Under the pieces are notes generated by a model. The model made no database searches, had not been told where the DNA came from, and saw nothing but the letters and a program-made list of their open reading frames with translations. This document shows positions 1 through 10,564 of a DNA stretch of 64,000 nt, one piece after another (positions within the stretch are counted from its first letter, which is position 1; each line of letters opens with the position of its first letter). This DNA is from Gnetum montanum (taxonomy: Eukaryota > Plantae > Gnetophyta), in assembly GCA_015680685.1 (NCBI GenBank), contig MNCI01001087.1, positions 267,575 through 331,574 of the forward strand, in the 5' to 3' direction. The position numbers and the translations under genes were made by a program.

Positions 1-786
1 CCTCATTGTGCGCAAGCTATACTCGCGCTACACTCACGCTGCAGCGTGACATCAATGTGACCTCAACGTGAGTGAGCTAGAATGATGGATTTTTTACCAA
101 ATTTTGATTTTTGAAGCCTGATTGTTAAAGTGTGAGGATTTCCTAACTATGATTGACCTTGAAAATAATTTGAAAATTAGAAATTGAGTCTGTTGTGCCC
201 TATTTTGTACCACCTTTGGAAGCTCAAGCTAGACTCACACTGCCAGCGTGAGTGCAGCATGACCAAAGCATGAGCTGCAGCGTGACCACAGTGTGAGCTA
301 CAAAAACCTGCATTTTTGAACCTGATAGAGGCTAGAATTTAGATCTTGTCGATGATGAACCCTGAAGATGATTTGCACGTTGGAGATCAGATCTTTTTTG
401 ACTCAGTTTTGGGCTTTGAAAGTTGCTCCCGCTGCACTCACGCTGCTAGCGTGACCTCAGCGTGAGTGGCAGCGTGAGGGAGGAAATCTACACCTTTTGA
501 CATCAAAATTTCAATCTCTGAATGCTGAAGCTTGGAGTTGACATCAATGGCCCTTGAGGATGGCTTGCACCTTTGAAATCGAACCATTTCGACTCAGTTT
601 CGAGGCTCCTAGAGTTGCTCACGCTGCACTCACGTTGCCAGCATGACCTTAGCGTGACCACAACGTGAGTGCCCAGGACAAGCCAGCGTGAGTCTCATGC
701 CTTAGTCAAATTTTGCTTCCAAAAAGCCAAAAGGGCTCTGGTTTCTTCTTATTGCAAAGTCCTAGGTTGAAATTAGTGGTGTTTCA
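1..786 (-). repeat. 3' LTR of element A (partial)
   Basis: Direct repeat of ~18882-19617. Both copies end ...aaattagtggtgtttca on + (TGAAACACC start on -). Confidence 0.95.
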
Positions 787-800
787 TTGGCCCCTCTTTG
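787..800 (-). promoter_or_regulatory. Polypurine tract of element A
   Basis: Minus strand reads CAAAGAGGGGCCAA immediately before the TG of the 3' LTR. Confidence 0.85.
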
Positions 801-2029
801 TTGACATCTGGAGGAATCCACCTGAGAGGCGTCGACAAAGAAGTGCAAAACACCATGAACAACCAAGTACCAAGCATTATCCGTCGACTCTTGGATGGAT
901 GTCATCGCACCATTTTTAGAAGTACATGGGATTGAGAAAATGTAATTCAAGATGTAAGGGGATTGATTGTGACCGGGGGAAGTTAGGAGTTGATCAAGGA
1001 TCATGATTGCTGTTGGAATTGTGAGATAGAAATGCTCTCACCTGAATAAGCTATATCATTGGTCCTTGTCAATAGCTGGTTCTCAGTAGACTCGGAGCCA
1101 AGACATAGGAGGTGCGTTCTTTGGAGAAATGGGACTCTTATAGAGTGTTTACAGGGCCTGTTGTAAATAGCCAAAGCCATGCAATGATGTGCAACATGGT
1201 CTCTTTGAGAAGCGAGTGTAACTGTTTTCCAAGAAAATTACCTTCTCACCTAGGGCTTGTATTAGAATGGCCAATAGTCTTTGGTTTATGATGTCAATGG
1301 GGTCATGAAGACCTTTTCTGTGCATTTTGCACTTTGACCTTTTTGTTTCTTTTTTCTTTTTCCTGTTTTTATCTTTTCTTTTTGTTTTTGTTTTCTTTTT
1401 GATATTTTCTGTTCTATTTTCTTTTCTTTGTTCTCTTTGGTCTTGTTGAAAGAGCTTACTTTTAGTGTTGTGCTCATGCTCAAGCACTTGAATTTTGTAT
1501 CATGTACTCTGTACTGTGTTTTGCATTGCAACTTCTTAGAGAGATCACAATGTACAACAATGTATCAAGAGCTTTGGGGGAGTAGAATGTATCCAGGGGG
1601 TATAATTAAATAAGACAAAGGGAACATGATGGGGAATAGGGAATGTATCAGGAGTCAGGAATGTACTTATGAACGGATTGATTAACCCAGTTGCGGGTGT
1701 TAGGAAGAATGTGATACTCTATCGTCATGATGAGGTGCATCTGTGAATGAATGCCTCAAGCGTGTCATCATGCAAACACAACTCTAAGAAGACAAGAAAA
1801 CCACAAATGAAACGGTTAACTAAGCACTTTAAACTTGAAAACAACCAAGGAGATAGAGCGACCATGTGCAATTTTAAAGCAGGTGGAATCATGAACAACA
1901 TCAGCTTTGTCAGAGTCCATGAGACAAGTTATGCAGCAAGTCTTGGTGGAACATGTACAACCAATTGCAACAACACATCCTTTTGCCTGGTTGTCGATGA
2001 TGTCATCAATTTATAGTCTTAGCAAACTA

Positions 2030-2560
2030 TTGCAGGTTAGTTTCATGTCATAACCCTTTAGACGGTGCTAGTTTAGCATCGTAGCAGACGGTGCGTTGCT
2101 AGTTTATAGTCGTAGTGGACTGTGAAGAGGCAAACTAGTTTATAGTGGACTCTGGATGCTAGTTTCATGTCATGGCAAACATATGTGGTAGTTTAGTGTC
2201 ATACCGAATAGAACTCTATGATGTCAATTTACTATGGTGACTCCAGGACTTTCTGTGGTGCCAGTTTCAAGTTGTGGCCCTAGGACCGTTCTATGGTATC
2301 AGTTTTAAGTCATGATGCCAGGACATTCTATGGTATTAGTTTTAAGTCATGATTCCAGGATTATTCTATGGTATCAATTTTAAATCATGATGCCAAGACC
2401 GTTCTGTGGTATCAATTTTAAGTCATGATGTTAGGACATTCTCTGGTATCAGTTTTAAGTCATGATGCTAGGACCGTTATGTGGTATCAGTTTTAAGTCA
2501 TGATGCCAGGACATTCTGTGGTATCAATTTTAAGTCATGATGCCAGGACCATTATGTACC
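2030..2560. repeat. Tandem array (~37-38 bp unit, ggtatcagttttaagtcatgatgccaggacattctgt) downstream of INT in A
   Basis: About 7 well-conserved units at ~2295-2555 and more degenerate units to the left. Tandem arrays 3' of pol are typical of Tat elements. Confidence 0.9.
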
Positions 2561-2574
2561 TTAGTTTGATCAAA

Positions 2575-3760
2575 CATAGTACCATTTCAAGTACAGATGA
2601 TTTGTGGGGTTAGCAAACTCATTCCCATCCATGTCAACAAGTTTGAATGCTTCGTTATTGTATGCCTTGGTGACTAAGTAAGGCCCTTCCCAGTTGGCTA
2701 AGAATTTTTCTGGATGTTCATGAATGGCCTTAAGGACTAAATCTCCTTCTTTAATTAGGCATTTATACAGGTCTTCTTTGTGTTATTTTCATTGTTGTTT
2801 CTAGTACCACTCGATCTGATCAAGCATTCGCACACATTCCTCCTCAACTAAGTCGAGGTCAGTTTTGCGCAATTCATTACTTTCACTTTCATTGAGGAGA
2901 CCTGAGAGAGCTATCCGCAATGAGGAAACCTATAACTCTAATGGAAAAACAACTTTAGACCCATATACAAGACTATATGGAGTTTTACCTATAGAGGTTC
3001 GATGTGTCATTCTGTGTGCCCACAATGTGTAGACTAATTATTTGTGCCATCATTTCTTTCTCTGATTCAACATCTTTTTGAGCACCATGATGACAATTTT
3101 GTTTGTAGCCTCTGCTTAACCATTGCTCTATGGGTAGTAAGGTGATGAGAATGCATGTTTAATACTCAGGCTTTCATAGAACCTTTTAGTGTCTGCACTG
3201 CTAAACTGTCGCCCATTGTCAATAACGATGGTCATCAGAATACCAAAATGGATCATGATATTTTCTATTATGAAATTGCAAACATGCTTAGAAGCGGTCT
3301 TCCTAAGGGGAATAGCTTCTACCCATTTTGTGAAGTATTTAGTTGCAATCATAATAAAGCTATGTCCTGTAGAGGATGATGGCGTTATTGGTCCAATTAA
3401 TTCTAATCCCCATTTTTGGAATGGCCATGTGATTTGTGTTGTGTGCAATTCGTTAGGTGGCACGTGTATTAGATTACTATGCCTTTGGCAAATGTCACAT
3501 GTTCTGACCTTGGAGATGCAATCGTACTCCATGTGTGGCCAATAGTAGCCTAAGTGCCTAATCTTTGTTGCCATTGCTTTAGGTGCTATGTGCCCTCCAC
3601 AAAGTTCTTCGTGGACTTATTCTATGATGGTTTGACCATTGATGCCACTAATGCACATCAGCAGAATGTCTTCGTAGCATTTGCGACATAAGGCATCTCC
3701 TATTAATGCGTATTACCGAGAGCGCTTTCGCACAGTGTCCTTTTGAGCATTTGTCAAGTG
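2575..3760 (-). pseudogene. Integrase (HHCC zinc finger, rve core, GPY/F tail) of element A
   Basis: GYYWP...CDICQRH, WPFQKWGLELIGP, YFTKWVEAIPL, IVIDNGRQF, SSPYYP and NWEGPYLV-like motifs, with internal stops. Confidence 0.93.
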
Positions 3761-3919
3761 TTGTGGAGGTTCTCCTCTTAGAAGGTACTCTTTTATGTCA
3801 TCGTACCATTCTATTGCGTGTGTTGTGCTAACAGATGCTATAGGCATTTCATCAAGAGTGTTAATTATAGGTTCGACAGAGTTTGTTATTGAGTTAGGCA
3901 ACGCATGGAACATTTCGGG

Positions 3920-4310
3920 TGTCATGTTTAAGGCAAGTGTAGCAAGTGCATCGGAAATAGTGTTTTCACTCCTAGGGACATGTTGTATATCCACTTCTAC
4001 TAGTTGTCTCAACAGATGTTTGGTCAAATCACAATAAGGTTACAAATGGAGAGCTTTGTGTGCATAAATCTCAGTGACTTCATTAATGACTAGCTGTGAA
4101 TCACCTCGAACTACAAGACGTGAGATTCCCTAAGTTAATGCTGCTTGAAGACCTCTAAGAAGACCTTTGTATTCTGCCACATTATTGGTACAAGGAAAGG
4201 TCAATCGGTAGGCAAAGGGTTGGATTTCTCCATAGGGGTATATTAACATGGTCGTAGCACTTCCTCCTTGGGAAGTTGAAGCTCCATCAAAATAGAGGAT
4301 TGCCTCATAG
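3920..4310 (-). pseudogene. Additional archaeal-type RNase H (aRH) of element A
   Basis: LYFDGAS...TNNVAEY...GDSQLVI...HVPRSENTISDALA. Lies between RH and INT, which is diagnostic of the Tat clade. Confidence 0.92.
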
Positions 4311-4379
4311 TTTTTGGGTATGGTTTCTATACTGTTAACATTCTCATCTCGGAATTCAGGGTTTATCGTTGCTTGATCG

Positions 4380-6046
4380 TGCGTTGGCGAGACAGTTAAT
4401 TGCATGACTATTGCTTGACCTTTGGAGGAAGATTAAGCAACATAGTGTAGGTTAAACTCTACAATCATTGCTTTCCACCTAGCTATCCTACTCGACTCAT
4501 AGATGTTATTAGTGATGGAACAAAGTACATTATCCCTACAAATGATGTAAACTTGATTACGAAAGAGATAATGCCTCTATTTCTTCAAAGAGAAGACGAG
4601 GGCAAGGCATGATTTGTCTACATCGTTGTATCGTTGTTCATAGGCAATTAAAGCATGGCTTAGGTAATATACAGGGATCTTGACTCCATCTTGAGGTTTT
4701 TGACAAAGCATCGATGCAATGGAAGAATCAAAAGTTGCAAGGTAAATGTAAAAGGTTTTATTATCTTGTGGGGGATAAATGGTCGGCAGCTGAGCTAACT
4801 CTTGTTTTATGTTCTCGAACACTTCTTGGCATTGTTGAGTCCATTGGAAATGTACATTCTTTCGTAATAGGTGTTGCATGGGTCTCAACTTATCCATCAG
4901 CCTTTCGATAAAGCATATAATAAATTGCAACCTACCTTGAAGGCCACATAATTCTGTGAGCTTTTTTGGTGGTTTCATGTTAGTTATTGCCTTAACCTTA
5001 TCAAGGTCTATCCGTATTCCTATTTTAGAGACTACAAAACTAAGCATTTTCCCCTTTTTGACACCAAAGACACATTTCTTTGGATTGAGTCTAAGGTCAT
5101 ATTTGAGACAACGTTTAAGCACTAGGTCTAGAACGTTTACATGTTGTTTGGTGGTTTTAGATTTAACCGCGATATTGCCAACGTAATCATTGAGCAAATT
5201 GAGCATGTAATCACTAAATATCTATGTCATTGCTTGTTGATATGTTGCTCTTACATTTTTAAGGCCAAATGGCATCATTGTATACCAGAAAATGCCCCAA
5301 GGTGTCATAAAAGTTGTTCTAAGTTTATGTTTCGGATTGATTCTTATTTGGTTGTATCCTGAAAATCCATCCATAAAGGATAATAGTGCATGCCCAGCGG
5401 TTGTGTCAATAAGTTGATCGATGCTGGGTAGCAGGAAGTCATCCTTTATAGTGGTTGTGTTAAGATCACGGAAGTCAATGCATATGCGTATACTACCATT
5501 GTTCTTAGGAACTACAACAATGTTTGATACCCAATAGGAATAGTCAACGGCCTGGATGAAACCGACTTGGTAGAGCTTTGTGATTTCAACATGGACTGCT
5601 AAAGCTACTTCAGGTCTAACTTTTCGTGATTTTTGTTTCACCGTTTTAATTTTTTCATCAAGGATAATATTGTGTTGGACAACTCAGGGATCTAGTCCTG
5701 GCATGTCGATATATGACCATGCAAATATATTTATGTTGTCTTTCAGTACTTGAGTGATGTCATTGACAAGTTGTGAGTCTAATAGGGTGCTTAATTTCAA
5801 CATTCTAGCTTTGCCATTGAATGTAGTAATGCAGATTTCAACTAGAGGATCTTCAGTGATATTATCAGCTTCTAGATCCAAAGTCTTAGTCACATTTTTA
5901 GACCAATCTGATGTTTCTTGAGTGGAGGCTATTAAATTAGCATAGGTGGATGGGTCTAGATCCAAGGATTCTGGATTGCTTGCTCTTTTTACCTCCCCGT
6001 ATGGTCCACTGAGAGACAGTGTTGAAAGGATATTCTTGGTTGCCAT
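4380..6046 (-). pseudogene. Reverse transcriptase and degenerate RNase H of element A; the reading frame opens at its own ATG (6046)
   Basis: IFAWSY.DMPGLDP, WVSNIVVVPK.NGSIRICIDFRDLN, SFMDGFSGYNQI, MPFGLKN, LNPKKCVFGV and PVYYLS motifs. The YVDD box has decayed to YVGN. Confidence 0.95.
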
Positions 6047-6169
6047 GTGCTTGCTCCTACCAATTTAAACCAAGAGCGAAGAGACACCCACTTGATGAAA
6101 GAGTCACTAAATGTAAATGAACACAAGGAATTTTAATATGTACTAACAAAATTGGGAGACGCAGTGGTA

Positions 6170-6285
6170 GTCATGGCAGTTTTAGGCAGTGCCGGGCCAC
6201 ATGGCAATTTAAGGCCATACCGGGTTGCATGGCAGTTCAAGGACATACCGGGCTGCATGGTGGTTTAAAGCCATACCAGGCCAGA
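6170..6285. repeat. Short tandem array (~29 bp, catggcagtttaaggccataccgggc) between the RT start and the cargo gene
   Basis: Four visible imperfect units. Confidence 0.8.
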
Positions 6286-7544
6286 TAATATTCACGTTGA
6301 CTTATCATTTGGATTGAGTGCATAGAGCATTTTTTATTTTAAAATTTTGTGCGAACAATAAGTTTATGAGACTTTAAAATTTTATGAATTTTTGAAATGT
6401 TTATGTGTATGTATATATATATTTTTTTTGTTTTTAACTTTTCATCCCTTCCTTTGCATAATAATAACTTTCTTTGGCCTCATCTCCAGAGGCTGGAATG
6501 ATGAGGGATATAGGCCAACATAAAACAAAGATGATATAAATGAGAACAAAAAATTAAACGTGGTAAAATTTAAATAAATAAAATAAGAGAAAATAAAATA
6601 GAATGTTTTGGATTTAAAAGGGGGTTTTGAAATGAAGGGAGGGGTATTTTGTGCTAGCATGAGTTTGTGGACTGTAGCGTGAGCTAGGAGTGCAGCATGA
6701 GCAAGGTGACATGAAGGATAAGGGTAGAGGAAAGGCGAGTCGAGACAAAGGGAAGAGGTAGGCAGATCTAGCATTCATGGAGGAGAGAGAAGAACTTCTC
6801 CAGCGTCTCCCCCAAGCCAAGATTCCAACGTGGGATGGGTCCTTGCACAGGTAGATTTGTTTTTTCTTACTTTTCTCCACATTTTTATGGACAGCGTTAC
6901 CTAGGGTAGAATTTCTGTGGCTGTGATTTTCTTTATTTTTGTGGCATTTGGCATGAGTGCTTAGGGCGTGAATGCGCGCTTTGAGCGTGAGTGTCTAGGG
7001 CGTGAATGCGTGGTTGGATTTTCAAGCTTTCTTAGGCGTCCTGGTTTTTTGGCAATGTGAGTGCTAGGAGAAGAGAAAGGCGGTGTGAGTGCAGGCTTAG
7101 CAGCGTCAATTTTTTCTTTTGCAACATCAATGTATGATAATCCATTATTGACTACATCTTCAGAAACATTTGCTGCAAACAAGGGTTCCAGGGCAGGGCA
7201 ACGTGAACCACAAATTTTCAGGCTTTTAGGGCTTCTTGGGCCACAGGGTTTTCATCTTTTTCGAGCATCCTCGACTGCAGGGTTTCTTAGACTTCTTGAG
7301 TGTCCTGGGCCACAGGGTTTCTCAGCCTTCTTGGGCTTTAGGCCAAGACACGGCTAGCGTGAATGTGGGTGATGAAAGTGGAAAAGTGAGTGTAGGCCAA
7401 GAAGGCCTACGTTACAGGGAAGCCCTATTCTTTTTGGCAACGTGAGTTGTGTTGTAGGAAGGCATGTTCTTCTATGTTTTGTGTTGGCAACGTGATTGCC
7501 AGCTTTCTTGGGCAAAGTGAGCACAAGATAAGATTTCTATGGGG

Positions 7545-7652
7545 ATAGGCATCTTGGGTTCCAGGGAGATAGGCACTGTTGGTTCCAAGGAGATAGGCAT
7601 CATGGGTTTCAGGGAGATAGGCACCATGGGTTCCAAGGAGATAGGCACCATG
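7545..7652. repeat. 24-bp tandem repeat (ggagataggcaccatgggttcca) in intron 1 of the cargo gene
   Basis: About 4.5 units. Produces the spurious (PMVPISLE)n ORF. Confidence 0.85.
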
Positions 7653-8558
7653 GGTGGTTGGAACAGGTCTTGATCCCTGCAACGTGAGTTGCTGGTTCCC
7701 AACGTGAGCTGGAATGTAGAGGACCAAGCATGAGTGTTGGGGAGGCAGAATGATTTTTTCTGAACAATCCTAGCATGAGCGCTCCCAGCATGAGTCATTC
7801 GGCAATAGGTCCCAGCGTGAGCCCTCCCAACGTGAGTTTTTTTTTTTTGGAAAACTATAGCTTGAGTTTGCTGGGAAAGGCCATAGTGTGAGTTGATGCT
7901 AGAGCAGTTCCCAACATGCGTTAAAAATGTGAAGACGTGCATTGTTTACTAGGATGCCTATAAATTGCTTGTTGTTTACTAGGATCATGTTTATACTATT
8001 TACTGTTTTCCTTAAGACGAATGATTTAAACCTTGATTCAATGAGTGTTTATGTTCTGCCCTTCTGTGTGGATTTATTGTGAAATGGGTTTCAATGTATC
8101 CCAGTGAGCATCAGATACACTAAATAGATATTGGTGTCCTTGTCTCATGGGGTGAAGCTATGCATTCAAAGTATTTGTTTATGTGATTTTCAGTTTATGT
8201 GATTTTGACCTATTGTTAGCACTTAGATTCTTCACTTACCTAATGTCTTAGCTGTATGCAGGGGACCTAAATCTTCTCTTCTCATCGTTGAGCTTGTTGG
8301 CTTACTTGCTTGGTCCGGCCCCTTTGGACCAGACACACCTCCCTATGATATGCGCATCGGGCCCCATGTGATATGGTTCCACCCTAGTGTTAGTTCATTT
8401 TTTCATTTATCCTGCAAAATTTTAGTGTGGTTATATGGTCTTACCTAAGTGAACAGTTGGCTCGTGATGTTATTGAGACCATGTTGGCTGGGTCTACACG
8501 AAGCATGCTTGCCTTTGTTACCGACATAGATGAGGGGCTTTATAGAGTTGAGGGAGGC

Positions 8559-10564
8559 CCTGCTGAGGGTCCTAGATCTACACGTCCCTTGACTCGTGTG
8601 TGGGAGCTGCCCACTTGTACTCATTACAATAGTAGCAAAACACTTTTCTTAGCCTTCCATGTGCACACTCTATTTCAAAACCCACTTGGGACAGTATATA
8701 AAGTGGACAGGTATGCATTCTTGTGTCTTACTTTAATTTTGATTCCTTTTTCAATTTTGTGTCATCATCTAAATGTTGTTTTCCTATGCAAGCCTCATTT
8801 TGATGAAAATGGGATGTGTGATAATAATGGTGGGCTTGCCTTAGCATGCACAGCACTAGAGACATTCATGGCAGTCCCCATTCTTCGTGTCGTGGTACTG
8901 AACCAGATAAAAGTGGCTATTATTGACTACCATAGGAAGTTCTTGAGAGATTTTGAATGCTGCCAAGTTCGTGGTTGGTTACATAAGGATTTGTCTTCTA
9001 ATGCCCCAATTTTTCCTCAAAGGTTTGATCTTGCACCCACCCCACCTACACCATTCATAGATGATAAGTGACCGCACTCTAGACTCCATTTTCTTTTGCT
9101 ACATCATCATGTATCATGTTCTTTTTCTAACTCTTCACTCTATGTTTTTCTTTTTACAATAGTAATCCCCCTGAAGAAGTTACCATTATAATAGGGCGTA
9201 CTGAGACCACACTTTTTACGAAGTATGGGGAGGTAGAGCAATCACAAAAATGGTTGCAGAAGAAAGCTTTTGATTTGATCATCAACCGCCTTACTAGGGC
9301 AGGTTTGATGGACTTGTTTACAACTTTGACTCCTAGCGTTTCGGCTACTNNNNNNNNNNNNNNNNNNNNNNNNNNNNNNNNNNNNNNNNNNNNNNNNNNN
9401 NNNNNNNNNNNNNNNNNNNNNNNNNNNNNNNNNNNNNNNNNNNNNNNNNNNNNNNNNNNNNNNNNNNNNNNNNNNNNNNNNNNNNNNNNNNNNNNNNNNN
9501 NNNNNNNNNNNNNNNNNNNNNNNNNNNNNNNNNNNNNNNNNNNNNNNNNNNNNNNNNNNNNNNNNNNNNNNNNNNNNNNNNNNNNNNNNNNNNNNNNNNN
9601 NNNNNNNNNNNNNNNNNNNNNNNNNNNNNNNNNNNNNNNNNNNNNNNNNNNNNNNNNNNNNNNNNNNNNNNNNNNNNNNNNNNNNNNNNNNNNNNNNNNN
9701 NNNNNNNNNNNNNNNNNNNNNNNNNNNNNNNNNNNNNNNNNNNNNNNNNNNNNNNNNNNNNNNNNNNNNNNNNCCTGCTGAGGGTCCTAGATCTACACGT
9801 CCCTTGACTCGTGTGTGGGAGCTGCCCACTTGTACTCATTACAATAGTAGCAAAACACTTTTCTTAGCCTTCCATGTGCACACTCTATTTCAAAACCCAC
9901 TTGGGACAGTATATAAAGTGGACAGGTATGCATTCTTGTGTCTTACTTTAATTTTGATTCCTTTTTCAATTTTGTGTCATCATCTAAATGTTGTTTTCCT
10001 ATGCAAGCCTCATTTTGATGAAAATGGGATGTGTGATAATAATGGTGGGCTTGCCTTAGCATGCACAGCACTAGAGACATTCATGGCAGTCCCCATTCTT
10101 CGTGTCGTGGTACTGAACCAGATAAAAGTGGCTATTATTGACTACCATAGGAAGTTCTTGAGAGATTTTGAATGCTGCCAAGTTCGTGGTTGGTTACATA
10201 AGGATTTGTCTTCTAATGCCCCAATTTTTCCTCAAAGGTTTGATCTTGCACCCACCCCACCTACACCATTCATAGATGATAAGTGACCGCACTCTAGACT
10301 CCATTTTCTTTTGCTACATCATCATGTATCATGTTCTTTTTCTAACTCTTCACTCTATGTTTTTCTTTTTACAATAGTAATCCCCCTGAAGAAGTTACCA
10401 TTATAATAGGGCGTACTGAGACCACACTTTTTACGAAGTATGGGGAGGTAGAGCAATCACAAAAATGGTTGCAGAAGAAAGCTTTTGATTTGATCATCAA
10501 CCGCCTTACTAGGGCAGGTTTGATGGACTTGTTTACAACTTTGACTCCTAGCGTTTCGGCTACT
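8559..10564. other. Scaffold gap (N 9350-9773) flanked by an exact 791-bp duplication (8559-9349 = 9774-10564); probable assembly artefact
   Basis: Identical sequence on both sides of the N run at an offset of 1215. Confidence 0.9.

Noticed and set aside
1149-1531. Lys-rich ORFs in the 3' region of A
   Set aside because: They arise from low-complexity T-rich sequence and show no domain signal.
2030-2560. Regular ~37-bp repeats resembling a CRISPR array
   Set aside because: Units are head-to-tail with no unique spacers, there are no cas genes, and the context is a eukaryotic retrotransposon 3' region.
7425-7942. ORFs with (PMVPISLE)n / (THGAYLLG)n repeats
   Set aside because: They are translations of a 24-bp tandem repeat inside predicted intron 1 and have no counterpart in C.
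9242-9839. Long ORFs in the ORF track (164-195 aa)
   Set aside because: They are made of X residues from the N gap.
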